In this document: one piece after another, positions 38,778 through 49,393 of the stretch
How the letters are laid out: each line of letters opens with the position of its first letter
Numbering within the stretch: position 1 is the first letter of the stretch
Source of the DNA: an uncultured bacterium
Lineage (GTDB): Bacteria > Zixibacteria > MSB-5A5 > UBA10806
Reading direction: 5' to 3'
NCBI GenBank assembly: GCA_965541585.1
Contig: CBEUCH010000006.1
Location: forward strand, 146,719-210,718
Length of the DNA: 64,000 nt
The notes under the pieces: generated by a model
The model's database searches: none
What the model was told of the DNA's origin: nothing
What the model saw: the letters and a program-made list of their open reading frames with translations, nothing else
Program-made: the position numbers and the translations under genes

Positions 38778-39536
38778 TCAGAAATCAATGTCTGTAAAAG
38801 CAGTGTTATGTGTGAAGCTGACATCCAGGCCTTCCGCCATGCCGGTAGCCATCACCCGCCAGGCATGATCGATCGGCGGCGCGTCGTACCTCCCGTTACC
38901 GTTGAGATCGGCGTAGAAATCGATCTGATATTGAGCGCCGCTCTGGATGATATCCCTGATCTCGATATCGAAATCGTGGTTGGGGATGGTATCGAGGCGA
39001 TACTGCCCCACGGTCCTTCCCGATTCGGTGTGGATAACCTTCATCTCGAAAAGCTGCCCCAAATGGGGATTAAACCCGAATAGATCCAGGCGGAATTCAG
39101 AACCAAGATCGGAGTACGAAGGTTCATCGATATCCGTGAAATCTGTATTATGCGAGAACGTTACCTCGACTTCGCCGGTCGCAGGAAGGTCTAATCTCCA
39201 GGCGTGGTCTTCCGGCGGAGGATCGTAGGAATCAGTCATGTTGAGGTCCGCGAAGAAATCAAGCCTGTGGGGCCCCTCGGGCACCGATGATTTCATGACC
39301 ATATCGATCTCTGCCGATGGAAGAGGATCGAGAATAACTTGAGCCTGCAGTTGGTTTCCGCTGGAAACTACTCTAAGTTCCACCAACTGGCCCACATGCG
39401 GAGACATATCCTGTAGATGCAGGGTCATGTCCCGGTTATCAGACGAAGGGGGTGGGGGCTGGGTCGTATTATTATCGTCACAGGCAACGATTACGAGCAA
39501 TAAAGACATTGAAAGACCAAACATCACGTTTTTCAT
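38778..39536 (-). CDS. Lipoprotein with two tandem homologous domains
   Basis: Lipobox VIVAC; repeats PHVGQLVEL...DFFADLN...DHAWR...HNTDFTDI and PHLGQLFEM...DFYADLN...DHAWR...HNTAFTDI. Confidence 0.8.
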   Translation of the reverse strand: MKNVMFGLSMSLLLVIVACDDNNTTQPPPPSSDNRDMTLHLQDMSPHVGQLVELRVVSSGNQLQAQVILDPLPSAEIDMVMKSSVPEGPHRLDFFADLNMTDSYDPPPEDHAWRLDLPATGEVEVTFSHNTDFTDIDEPSYSDLGSEFRLDLFGFNPHLGQLFEMKVIHTESGRTVGQYRLDTIPNHDFDIEIRDIIQSGAQYQIDFYADLNGNGRYDAPPIDHAWRVMATGMAEGLDVSFTHNTAFTDIDF

Positions 39537-39715
39537 AAAACCTCTCTTGTTACAGTAAGCAAATCCTTCGTTTTCCACTTTTTTACAGCAGTAAAAGCCT
39601 GCCGGTTTCCCTAATCGAGAGTGATAACCATTTTCAATATATGAAAGTTCCCGGCCCGGTAAACGAAAAGGTTGATTCTCAATATGAGATGCCGTCCGAA
39701 ATTTCGTTTAGCGAC

Positions 39716-40735
39716 TTATTTTAAATCAGTATCAGTATCGCGGAAGACGTTGCTTACGCGTAAAAGGCTGTCAAGATAACCGGCGTTCTCCGAAACATGC
39801 CGCAGCTTGTCTTCGCCATACCCCCGTTCGACCGCGGCCGCCGCCACGCGTCCCTGATTATTGTAGAGGACATCGGGTATATAGTTCGATAAAGAATCAT
39901 CGTACGCCTCTAAAGGCGATATGATTTCCCAACCCTTCTTCCGCAGAAAATTAACCAGATCATCGATGTACAAAGCGGCCAGGTCATTTTCGTGCAGTAA
40001 TAAAACATGATTCGGCGAATAGCCGAGCGCGTCACGGGCCATTTTATCGTAGAATTGGATAGCGCCCCATAACATATCGACATAGATTTTCCCGAGAGCC
40101 ACGGTATCGATCTCCATACCGTTCTCGGCCGCGTCCCGGCATTTCCGGTCGATGTACCAGTCCCAGGTGTCTATAGTAACGTAGCCATTGCGATATCCGA
40201 GCGAATCCAGAGCTTGACGTATACTGTCTCTCACCGGTACCGTCCTGCCCTCGTCAAGCATAGGATAACGGAACAGTGGCACAAATGTCGAGAATTGCCG
40301 CAGGCTGTCATCGGCACCGCGAATATCCGAAATATACGATACACATCCTGAATCATCGGGTCGACGATGAGAATGACTGTGGTTGCCCAGAAGATGGCCG
40401 GCTTTTGCGTATCGCTCAAGACGATTATGGCCATCATTGTAGGGAAGATTTTCCGTAATACAATAAAAAATCACCGACGGTACAGCAACATCATTTAGTT
40501 GTCTGATAAATCTATCAGTCCGCTTCGCCCCACCGAAAAAAGCGCCCTTGCCGCTGGGAGCGTCATCGAAGCTCAAACAAAGGCGGCCGATCGGAGGTTC
40601 TTCAGTAGAGCCTTTTCCGGGCTTTTTATCTTCTCCCAGGGCTGACTGAAATTCTCCCGCCGGGGAGGCAATTATTACCATTAAGCAAAACAGGATCAAA
40701 CACATGTTTAGTCCCGTCAGTCTGGTATGTGTCAT
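39716..40735 (-). CDS. Polysaccharide deacetylase family protein, exported
   Basis: SFDDAP, GNHSHSH, FRYP, DW, LLLH NodB motifs. Confidence 0.88.
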   Translation of the reverse strand: MTHTRLTGLNMCLILFCLMVIIASPAGEFQSALGEDKKPGKGSTEEPPIGRLCLSFDDAPSGKGAFFGGAKRTDRFIRQLNDVAVPSVIFYCITENLPYNDGHNRLERYAKAGHLLGNHSHSHRRPDDSGCVSYISDIRGADDSLRQFSTFVPLFRYPMLDEGRTVPVRDSIRQALDSLGYRNGYVTIDTWDWYIDRKCRDAAENGMEIDTVALGKIYVDMLWGAIQFYDKMARDALGYSPNHVLLLHENDLAALYIDDLVNFLRKKGWEIISPLEAYDDSLSNYIPDVLYNNQGRVAAAAVERGYGEDKLRHVSENAGYLDSLLRVSNVFRDTDTDLK

Positions 40736-40818
40736 CTATCCCGGATTGTCACTATATTATCATCCTTGTGGGTACCGTCTGGTTTCTCTGAAGTAGTACT
40801 ATCGTAACTGACGGATTC

Positions 40819-40847
40819 GGTGTCGAGTGCAGAGACTCGACACCACC
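40819..40847. repeat. REP-like palindrome
   Basis: GGTGTCGAGT-GCAGAG-ACTCGACACC followed by ACC. Confidence 0.55.
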
Positions 40848-40892
40848 AAGATTGTCATCATGTTATCATCCTAGTGCACGCCATTTTTCGTA

Positions 40893-41360
40893 TCATATCC
40901 TCGGTGGCTTAATCCCCAGTATGCGCAGGTAATGGTTTATCTGGCTGCGGTGGTGAATATCGTGTTCGAAGAGATGCAGGAATATCCAGTAGCCGGTAAC
41001 CACATTGTCACGACCGAATTTGCTCATATCGTATTTGCCCTTCAGCACCTTCGGCGCACGGGCGAAGAAATCGCCCAGCCGTTTCCAGTGCGAATCGAGA
41101 AGGCCGGCGATCTCCGGTTTCGGCAGGCTGGGGCAGGGCGTGTAATCAGTATATTCCTTACCATTGATAATTGCGCTGAGCCACCAGTCGGAGCCCTCGG
41201 CGATATGCATGAAGATATTACCAAGCGAGATCATCTTCTCCGCCGGCGCCCAGTCGAGTTTGTCATCAGGTGTAATTTCAAGCGCTTTCATAAGTGGAGG
41301 TTTGATCTCGTCGAACCAGAATTTTGTCAGCGTATTGAGTTCGAATACGTTTTCAGGCAT
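40893..41360 (-). CDS. DinB family metalloprotein
   Basis: HIA, HDIHHRSQI..YLR..GI.PP. Confidence 0.88.
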   Translation of the reverse strand: MPENVFELNTLTKFWFDEIKPPLMKALEITPDDKLDWAPAEKMISLGNIFMHIAEGSDWWLSAIINGKEYTDYTPCPSLPKPEIAGLLDSHWKRLGDFFARAPKVLKGKYDMSKFGRDNVVTGYWIFLHLFEHDIHHRSQINHYLRILGIKPPRI

Positions 41361-41383
41361 TTTATTTCCCTTTTTGACGATCA

Positions 41384-41427
41384 GAGATCGCTTCGTCGTC
41401 TCACTTTGTTCGACTCCTCGCGATGAC
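41384..41427 (-). repeat. GTCAT(T/C)GCGAGGAG...GAAGC(A/G)ATCTC-type palindromic repeat element
   Basis: Minus strand GTCATCGCGAGGAG..GACGAAGCGATCTC; related copy at 43139-43170. Confidence 0.6.
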
Positions 41428-41430
41428 GTT

Positions 41431-42963
41431 TTAGTTCAGTCGTAACGGCATCCCTCCCATTTTCGATTCGACGGCATCCAGGATGGCATTATCGCGCACC
41501 AGATCGGCGATCTTGTTTATATCCGGATATAACACGCGGTCGGTTTCGAGAAATGATACGTGGTCGCGGATCAGCTCATAGACGATGCGGCTTCCCTTGC
41601 CCGGTTTTTTTGGTTTTCTGAAATCGAATGCCTGCGCCGCGCAATACATTTCGATAGCAAGCACGGCGCCGACATTTTTCAAAATCTCCGTGCATTTTCT
41701 GACCGCCACGGGTGCCATCGCTACGTGGTCTTCCTGGTCGGCGGAAACCGAGATCGAATCGACCGTGGCCGGATGAGACAAAACCTTGTTTTCGGAGACC
41801 AGTGCGGCGGCGGTATACTGCGCCACCATCAAACCGGAATTCAGACCGTGTCCTTCAACCAGGAAATCCGGCATTCCGGAAAGTGCGGGATTTAAGAGGC
41901 GGTTGGTATGCCGTTCGGATAAGTTGGCCACCTCCGACATGGCGATACATAAGAAATCCATCACCATCCCGATCGGCTGGCCGTGGAAATTGCCCCCGGC
42001 GAGGTAGAGATTCTCATCCGGGAAAAACAACGGGTTATCGGCCGATGAGTTTATTTCGGTCTCCACCTGTTCTTTTGCATAATGCCAGCAATCTACCGAC
42101 GGCCCCAGGACCTGCGGCGTGCAGCGCATGGAGTAACCGTCCTGCACCTTGCCCGATTTATCGGCGATTATCTCGGAACCGGCCATGAGCTGCCTTAGAT
42201 TGTGGGCCACGGCATTCTGTCCTTTGAATGGACGGGAGGCGTGCAGGACTTCGTGGTATGCTTTCGGCACCCCTTTCAATGCGTCAATGGTCATAGCCGC
42301 AGCGATGAAGGCATTTTTCAAAAGGCGGCGGGAATCCTGCAAGAGCAAAGCCGCACCGGCGGTAACCATCTGGGAACCGTTTATAAGGCCGAGACCTTCT
42401 TTGTAGGAAAGGTCAACCGGCTCGATGCCCGCCTGCTTCATTGCCTGGCCGCCGTCGATCAGCTTGCCTTTATAGTAGGCTTGCCCCTCGCCGATACAGA
42501 CCTCGGCAAGTTGCGACAATGGGGATAGGTCTCCCGATGTCCCCACAGATCCCTTTTCATAGACAAATGGGGTGACGCCCTTATTGAGCATATGGATGAA
42601 GATCTCTGCCGTGGAATACCTTACGCCGGAATGCCCGCGTGCCAGCACGTTAGCCCGAAGCGCCATAGCCGCCCGCACGACATCCTCGGGTTGCGGATCG
42701 CCGGTGCCGGCGGCGTGGCTGTAAATGATATTCTTCTGCAGTTGCGCACCCTGTTCAGGGCTGACCCTGATGCGGGAGAATTCGCCGATACCGGTGGTGA
42801 CACCGTAGATCGCCTCCCCCGATTCGACCATCTTTTCAACCACGGCGCGGCATTTCTCGATTTTCGCCCGGGCATCATCGGAATAGCCGACTTCCGCATT
42901 TTTGCGGGCAATATCCTCTGTCTTTTCTATGGTTAACGTTTGTCCGTCTATTAAAACAGTCAT
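41431..42963 (-). CDS. hutH: Histidine ammonia-lyase (aromatic amino acid lyase family)
   Basis: YGVTTGIG, YSHAAG (HAL-type SH), GSVGTSGDL MIO loop, QDGYSMRC, GGNFHG, QEDHV; AAGGAG RBS. Confidence 0.88.
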   Translation of the reverse strand: MTVLIDGQTLTIEKTEDIARKNAEVGYSDDARAKIEKCRAVVEKMVESGEAIYGVTTGIGEFSRIRVSPEQGAQLQKNIIYSHAAGTGDPQPEDVVRAAMALRANVLARGHSGVRYSTAEIFIHMLNKGVTPFVYEKGSVGTSGDLSPLSQLAEVCIGEGQAYYKGKLIDGGQAMKQAGIEPVDLSYKEGLGLINGSQMVTAGAALLLQDSRRLLKNAFIAAAMTIDALKGVPKAYHEVLHASRPFKGQNAVAHNLRQLMAGSEIIADKSGKVQDGYSMRCTPQVLGPSVDCWHYAKEQVETEINSSADNPLFFPDENLYLAGGNFHGQPIGMVMDFLCIAMSEVANLSERHTNRLLNPALSGMPDFLVEGHGLNSGLMVAQYTAAALVSENKVLSHPATVDSISVSADQEDHVAMAPVAVRKCTEILKNVGAVLAIEMYCAAQAFDFRKPKKPGKGSRIVYELIRDHVSFLETDRVLYPDINKIADLVRDNAILDAVESKMGGMPLRLN

Positions 42964-43138
42964 ACTGTCTCCTTTTAAAGATCGCGTCACACCCGAATTC
43001 AGCAATTCCGGCTGCGGGTGCGGATAATATGCATTTTTCGGGATGCAATAGCAAGGAGAGTCGGGGGCTACGCTTCCTGGATCTTAATTACTCTGTTGTC
43101 AAATCCTATGGAGATTTTACTTATATCCTATTATGAGC

Positions 43139-43170
43139 GTCATTGCGAGGAGATGGCAACCAAGCAAGCT
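43139..43170 (+). repeat. Degenerate second copy of the GTCATTGCGAGGAG repeat
   Basis: GTCATTGCGAGGAGATGGCAACCAAGCAAGCT. Confidence 0.5.
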
Positions 43171-44832
43171 TTATTTCAACAACACCATCTTAATACTTTC
43201 CGAATACTCTCCCGATTCCAGCCGGGCAAAATATACGCCGGAAGGAAAACCGGCCGCATTCCAGGTGGTAGTATATCGGCCTGCTTGTTTTTCACCTTCG
43301 TATATCGTCGCTACCTGCTGGCCGAGGAGGTTATAGATGGAGAGGGTGACCTTACCCGTTTGCTTCAAGCTATAGCCAATTTGGGTAGCTTCGTTGAAGG
43401 GGTTGGGGTAGTTTTGAAAGAGGAAAAACTCTGATGGTTTTTCTCCTCCCTCTTCAATAGCCGTCATTACGCTGGTCATTGCGTTTATTCGTCCTGCGCC
43501 CAACAGGCCTTCATAGCCAGGATTAAGGTGGTCGATTGGATCGGCGGAAACTTCGATCAATTGTTCGATCTCATCATTTGAAAAGTCCGGGAAATGAGTT
43601 CGCAAGAGAGCGGCCAAACCTGCTGTCAAGGGGGAGGCATAAGAGGTGCCGGAGCCTAGTTCGTAATCGTCATCACCCCATGTTATCCAGATATCGACCG
43701 CGGGGGCACAAATATCTACCCATGTACCGTATGATGAAAAATTGGCCTTAACATCATCTTGATCCGTACCCGCGGCGGCCATGACATGCTCGTAAGCGGC
43801 CGGGTATTTCTCCTGGTCGTGTCCGCTATTGCCTGCGCCGGCGACAATGAGAACGTCCTCCTCCCAAATGGCGTTTATTATATTCTGCTGGTACTGGGCA
43901 TAAATATCGGTCGCCCATGAGCAATTGATAATCTGAGCGCCGTTATCGGCGGCGTATATCATCCCCTGATAATAATATTCTATCTCCATAGACCAGAGCC
44001 TGCCCTTAACGCACATTATGCGGGCTGAAAATCCCATTCCCGCCCCCAAAATCCCGTTATCGGTAACCTCCGAGGCGCATCCGGCGACACCTGTGCCGTG
44101 CAGCGATGTATCCGGCATGGGGTAATTATCATCCTGTCCGAAATCCCATCCGACAACATCGTCAATAAAACCGTTACCGTCGTCGTCTATGCCATTGAGA
44201 TCCTCGTCATCGATTGTTCCATTGGAATTAAGGTCTTCCTGTTCGTTAACCCAGATATTGTCTGAAAGATCTATATGGTTCCAGTTAACGCCGTTATCGA
44301 CAATAGCGATCACCGAATATCGGGTGGTATCGCCTCGAACCGTGTCCCAGGCTTCGAGAGCGTGAGTTCTGGTCAATTGCCATTGTTGATCCAGAAAGGG
44401 ATCGTTCGGCTCGTATAGAAGTTCGGATATAGTGTAAGGTTCAGCCATTTCGATATTGGGATCATTATTAAGCGTTTTTATAATTGATAGAGGATTTATC
44501 GCGTCGGCGAAAGTGAATAAGTAAATTTTTGAAACTTCCCGAATCAAAGCCGTCTTTCGTAATGTGCCATTATAGAACGGCTCGACCTTTACAATTTCGA
44601 ATTTCCTACAAAGCCAGTCAACAGAACTAACACCGGTTACCGCGTAACCGTCAGAACTTATTCCTGTTTGATACGGCGGCGCTTCGGGTCTGTTTGTAAC
44701 TACGATTATATTGTCTACATACTTTGCGTCATTTGGTAGCTCCCCTTTTATAGATAAATCGGAACCCGCCTGGTTATAAGGAGAAGCCGATATTATTATA
44801 CTAAGAATACCGGTAATTATCGTTCTGGTCAT
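43171..44832 (-). CDS. S8 family serine peptidase with C-terminal secretion/FlgD-Ig-like domain
   Basis: AIVDNG, HGTGVAG, GAGN, GTSYASP; C-terminal QNYPNPFN...SGVYFARL. Confidence 0.92.
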   Translation of the reverse strand: MTRTIITGILSIIISASPYNQAGSDLSIKGELPNDAKYVDNIIVVTNRPEAPPYQTGISSDGYAVTGVSSVDWLCRKFEIVKVEPFYNGTLRKTALIREVSKIYLFTFADAINPLSIIKTLNNDPNIEMAEPYTISELLYEPNDPFLDQQWQLTRTHALEAWDTVRGDTTRYSVIAIVDNGVNWNHIDLSDNIWVNEQEDLNSNGTIDDEDLNGIDDDGNGFIDDVVGWDFGQDDNYPMPDTSLHGTGVAGCASEVTDNGILGAGMGFSARIMCVKGRLWSMEIEYYYQGMIYAADNGAQIINCSWATDIYAQYQQNIINAIWEEDVLIVAGAGNSGHDQEKYPAAYEHVMAAAGTDQDDVKANFSSYGTWVDICAPAVDIWITWGDDDYELGSGTSYASPLTAGLAALLRTHFPDFSNDEIEQLIEVSADPIDHLNPGYEGLLGAGRINAMTSVMTAIEEGGEKPSEFFLFQNYPNPFNEATQIGYSLKQTGKVTLSIYNLLGQQVATIYEGEKQAGRYTTTWNAAGFPSGVYFARLESGEYSESIKMVLLK

Positions 44833-44839
44833 CTTTTTC

Positions 44840-46159
44840 CTACTTCAAAAGCACCATCTTAATACTCTCTGAATACTCTCCGGCCTCCAGCCGCGCGAAA
44901 TAGACGCCGGAGGGAAAAGTCGTCGCATCCCATGTGATTTTGTGTTGGCCCGCCTGCTGGTCGCCTTCAAACATTGACGCTATCTGTTGGCCCAGTAAAT
45001 TGTAGATGGTTATTGTAACCGATCCGGACCGGGGAAGCATATAGCTCAGGGTGGTTGCGGCATTGAATGGGTTGGGGTAATTTTGCAATAAGCCGCACGC
45101 CATAGGGATTATTGGGGGATGCTCTTCCCTGATATCGGTGGGGACAGCTTGGCCGCCGTAGGCGCCCATGTCGCTTCGCTCGTATCCTAGGCCCCAGTCG
45201 CAGTCGAGCAGATAATCGAAGATAGACGGATCGCCGGCATCTATGCAAGGGGAATCATACGGATCGCCGCAGGCGGTGGACATGAGATGGTAATCATCGT
45301 TTTCGGGATTACGGAACAAGGGGTCGATATCGATATTCCCCTCGCCCTCCCAACCGCCCATAATATCGCAATAAGTCACCGATGATTGACCGTTCATATA
45401 TATTTGATCCACGTTATTCCATATTATATTATTTTTTGTAGTATTATTATTTCCCGACAAACTGATGCCCCTGAACTCATTATTGCAGATAGTATTATTA
45501 ATTACAACCCCATACGAATACCAGCAAGAAATACCACCGGTGCTCAGATGGAGCATTGACGTGGCCGTGTTATCGATAATGAGATTATTACGTATTATTG
45601 GACTTCCCCCACCGCATAAAATCCCTCCCCCGTCGCCAAAATCCCATTCTGTAGCTTCATTGTTACGGATTATATTATCTTTAATTAAGGGGCTTGAATC
45701 ACGACAATTAATTCCGCCGCCTTGACCTATATTTCCCGCAGCTGTGTTTTCAGTAATAATATTATTAGAAATTGTTGGGCTACTGTCTTGACAGTAAATC
45801 CCTCCCCCCTCACTTGAATAGCCATGTGTTAAAGTAAGCCCCACCAGCATCGCAGTTCTATCTTCTCCACCTGAGAATGTCACGACGCTCCCCGATGAAT
45901 CACCATCTATTACAGTTGATGAAACGTAAGAAGTGTCACCGGTAGTTAAAAACAATGATCCAAGCACAATATTATGCCCGTTGAAATTAATATTCTCGAT
46001 ATAAGTGCCCGGCTGAACCAGCACGGTATCGCCGTCCGAGCTGGCTGAAATGCCTCCCTGTATGGTTGAGTAATCATCGGGGATGTTGATGATCGTCGCC
46101 ATAGCGGACGAAGAGGCAATAGCAACGAAAACCGGCACGGGAATTAAAAGCCTTTTCAT
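44840..46159 (-). CDS. Right-handed beta-helix repeat protein with C-terminal secretion domain
   Basis: IPDDYSTIQ..I, GDTVLVQPGTY, GGGI.C repeats, SPCIDAG, DMGAYG, QNYPNPFN. Confidence 0.88.
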   Translation of the reverse strand: MKRLLIPVPVFVAIASSSAMATIINIPDDYSTIQGGISASSDGDTVLVQPGTYIENINFNGHNIVLGSLFLTTGDTSYVSSTVIDGDSSGSVVTFSGGEDRTAMLVGLTLTHGYSSEGGGIYCQDSSPTISNNIITENTAAGNIGQGGGINCRDSSPLIKDNIIRNNEATEWDFGDGGGILCGGGSPIIRNNLIIDNTATSMLHLSTGGISCWYSYGVVINNTICNNEFRGISLSGNNNTTKNNIIWNNVDQIYMNGQSSVTYCDIMGGWEGEGNIDIDPLFRNPENDDYHLMSTACGDPYDSPCIDAGDPSIFDYLLDCDWGLGYERSDMGAYGGQAVPTDIREEHPPIIPMACGLLQNYPNPFNAATTLSYMLPRSGSVTITIYNLLGQQIASMFEGDQQAGQHKITWDATTFPSGVYFARLEAGEYSESIKMVLLK

Positions 46160-46452
46160 TATATCCTCCTTGCGAGGTATTTTCCTAATTGCCGATCGCA
46201 GATGAAAATTACTTTACCTATTAATATAGATAATTGATTCTATAAGAATGTCAAGGGTTTTCGGTTTCGCTGAAAGTCCAAGCCATCCGGCCCCGGATGC
46301 GAAAGAGAGAGCTTGCTTCTAATCGATGTATCTTCTATATTGACAGGTTGACCGCTAAGTGATGGCAAGCGGCTTGAAAGTAGAGGCAAAGATCAGTCTT
46401 GATACAGTCAAAGCGATGCAGAAAAAGGTAATTTGTTAGAGGATAGATAATT

Positions 46453-49308
46453 ATGCCCCCCGCAAATATAGTTGTCAAAGGTGCCAGGGAACATAACCTT
46501 AAAAACATCGACGTCACCATCCCGCGCTTCAAGTTAGTGGTGATAACAGGATTGTCGGGCTCCGGGAAATCATCCCTGGCTTTCGACACCATCTATGCCG
46601 AGGGGCAACGACGATACGTGGAATCGCTCTCGGCCTACGCCCGCCAGTTCCTGGGTCTGATGGAGAAGCCGGATGTTGATTTTATCGACGGTCTCTCGCC
46701 GGCCATTTCCATAGAGCAGAGATCGTCCGCTAAAAACCCCCGTTCAACAGTGGGAACGGTAACCGAGATATACGATTACCTTAGACTTCTCTATGCCCGG
46801 GTCGGCACGCCGTATTGTTACAAGTGTGGCCGGCCGATAAGCCAGCAAACCGTTCAGCAGATAGCCGATTCGGTCATGGAGCTGCCCAAAAACAGCCGTA
46901 TTCAGATCCTGGGGCCGCTGGTTCGTGGACGCAAAGGCGAATACCGGGAAGTTTTCGAGGAGATCAAGCGTGAGGGCTTCGTGCGGGTGCGTGTCGATGG
47001 CAAGGTGCATGATATCGAGGATAAGATAACGCTCGACAAGAAGAAAAAACATTCCATCGAAGTTGTAGTCGATCGCCTGGTAATCAAAAACGGCGTCGAG
47101 AAGCGGCTGACCGATTCCCTGGAGACGGCCTTGAAGTTGGGGGCCGGCCTGGTGGTCATAGGGCAGGTTGGCAAGGGCGATCTCGTATTCTCCGAGAAAT
47201 ACGCCTGCCAGGATTGTGGCATCTCATACGAGGAACCATCACCCCGGATGTTTTCATTCAATTCTCCGTTCGGAGCCTGCCCGACATGCTCCGGCCTGGG
47301 ATATAACATGGAGATCGATCCCGAGCTGGTTGTTCCCGATAAATCGCTATCCATAGCGCAGGGAACCATCGCCCCTTGGGGAATCCCGCGAGGATCGTAT
47401 TATTTCGGGATGCTGCGAGCGGTTGCCGCACATTTCGATTTCTCCCTGCGAAAACCGTTTGAAAAACTGTCCGGGAAGATCCAGAAGATAATCCTCTATG
47501 GTTCGGGACGGGAGGAGATAAAGTTTTCATGGGAACACAGTAACGGCCGCGGGCTCTGGGAACATTATAACAAATTCGAGGGTGTCATCGGCAATCTCAA
47601 ACGGCGATATAGACAAACCAAATCCGCAGGCATCAGGGAATGGATCGAGAAATTCATGTCGATCAAGCAATGTATCGATTGCGATGGCGCCCGGCTGCGG
47701 AAAGAAGCTCTGGCTATCAAGATTGATGGTAAATCGATATCGGAGGTCACCTCCTACTCGGTTAAGCAGGCAGCCGTTTTATTTAAAAATCTCAAACTCG
47801 ATATGAAAAGAAAAACCATCGCCCGACAAATCTTAAAAGAGCTTAAGGAGCGCCTGCATTTTTTAATCAATGTCGGCCTTGACTACCTGACTCTGGATCG
47901 TTCCGCTATGACGCTCTCGGGGGGCGAGGCCCAGCGGATCAGGCTGGCCACGCAGATCGGTTCGCGGTTGACGGGAGTTTTGTATATCCTGGATGAACCC
48001 TCCATCGGACTGCATCAGAGAGATAACAGACGTCTTCTCGATACCCTGATTTCATTGCGGGATATCGGGAATACGGTGTTAGTTGTCGAACATGACAGGC
48101 AGACCATCGAACAGGCCGATTACGTGATCGATCTCGGGCCGGGCGCCGGCAAGCATGGCGGCGAGGTAGTTGCGGAAGGCACGCCGAAAAATATAATGAG
48201 ATCGACAAAATCTCTAACCGGCAAGTACCTCTCGGGAAAACTGGAGATACCAATCCCGAAGAAACGTCGCAGAGGCACCGGCAAACGGATAAAGATACTG
48301 GGGGCTACAGGCAACAACCTAAAAAAAATAGATATCGAGTTTCCGCTTGGTAAGTTCATCTGCGTTACGGGCGTATCGGGCTCCGGCAAATCGACACTGG
48401 TAAACGAGACATTGTACCGGATATATTCGCGGGAGCTTTACGGATCAAAGAGGCCCCCCCTGCCGTATGGCGGGATAATCGGGCTGGATAAGATCGATAA
48501 GGTGATCGATATCGATCAATCGCCCATCGGCAGGACACCGCGGAGTAACCCCGCCACCTATACCGGCCTCTTCACTCCTATCCGCGATATATTCTCTCAA
48601 CTCCCGGATTCCAAGGTCAGAGGTTACGGTCCCGGGCGGTTTTCATTTAACGTCAAGGGCGGTCGGTGCGAGGCCTGCGCCGGCGATGGTATCATTAAGA
48701 TCGAGATGCATTTTCTGCCCGACGTTTATGTGCGATGCGAGGCCTGCAAGGGAAAACGTTACAACCGCGATACGCTGGAGATCAAATACAAGGGCAAATC
48801 GATCGCCGATATTCTCGATATGACCGTGGAAGAGGCCCTGGAGTTTTTCGACCGCATACCGAAGGTGAAAAGGAAACTGGAGACGCTGACCGGTGTCGGC
48901 CTGGGATATATACATCTGGGCCAGCAGGCGACAACCTTGTCCGGCGGCGAGGCGCAACGGGTGAAGCTCTCCACCGAGCTCTCCAAGGTCGCTACCGGTG
49001 ATACACTTTACATACTCGACGAACCGACCACGGGATTGCATTTCGAGGATATCAAGATGCTTCTCAACGTCCTGGACACGCTCGTCGCCCGCGGCAACAC
49101 GGTGATCGTGATCGAGCATAATCTTGATGTTATCAAGACCGCCGACTGGATAATCGATCTCGGCCCCGAGGGGGGCGACGGCGGCGGCCGCCTGTTGGCC
49201 ACCGGCACCCCGGAGAAGGTGGCGAAGGTGGAGGGAAGCTATACCGGGCAGTTTTTGAAGAAGGAGCTGGGGGAGCAAGACAAATCGGGAGCTACTGGAA
49301 AAAAATAG
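46453..49308 (+). CDS. uvrA: Excinuclease ABC subunit A
   Basis: Two Walker A motifs ([16 protein letters not shown]), two LSGGEAQR, zinc fingers. Confidence 0.99.
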   Translation: MPPANIVVKGAREHNLKNIDVTIPRFKLVVITGLSGSGKSSLAFDTIYAEGQRRYVESLSAYARQFLGLMEKPDVDFIDGLSPAISIEQRSSAKNPRSTVGTVTEIYDYLRLLYARVGTPYCYKCGRPISQQTVQQIADSVMELPKNSRIQILGPLVRGRKGEYREVFEEIKREGFVRVRVDGKVHDIEDKITLDKKKKHSIEVVVDRLVIKNGVEKRLTDSLETALKLGAGLVVIGQVGKGDLVFSEKYACQDCGISYEEPSPRMFSFNSPFGACPTCSGLGYNMEIDPELVVPDKSLSIAQGTIAPWGIPRGSYYFGMLRAVAAHFDFSLRKPFEKLSGKIQKIILYGSGREEIKFSWEHSNGRGLWEHYNKFEGVIGNLKRRYRQTKSAGIREWIEKFMSIKQCIDCDGARLRKEALAIKIDGKSISEVTSYSVKQAAVLFKNLKLDMKRKTIARQILKELKERLHFLINVGLDYLTLDRSAMTLSGGEAQRIRLATQIGSRLTGVLYILDEPSIGLHQRDNRRLLDTLISLRDIGNTVLVVEHDRQTIEQADYVIDLGPGAGKHGGEVVAEGTPKNIMRSTKSLTGKYLSGKLEIPIPKKRRRGTGKRIKILGATGNNLKKIDIEFPLGKFICVTGVSGSGKSTLVNETLYRIYSRELYGSKRPPLPYGGIIGLDKIDKVIDIDQSPIGRTPRSNPATYTGLFTPIRDIFSQLPDSKVRGYGPGRFSFNVKGGRCEACAGDGIIKIEMHFLPDVYVRCEACKGKRYNRDTLEIKYKGKSIADILDMTVEEALEFFDRIPKVKRKLETLTGVGLGYIHLGQQATTLSGGEAQRVKLSTELSKVATGDTLYILDEPTTGLHFEDIKMLLNVLDTLVARGNTVIVIEHNLDVIKTADWIIDLGPEGGDGGGRLLATGTPEKVAKVEGSYTGQFLKKELGEQDKSGATGKK

Positions 49309-49393
49309 TATTTGCAGTTGCAGTTCCGTTTTTATTATATTAGCTAAAGATAATACTGAATAAAATAACTTTTGATTTAGTTGACAGACCGGA

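Noticed and set aside
46320..46452. LexA box upstream of uvrA
   Set aside because: No match to the candidate recA motif or to the SOS boxes I know
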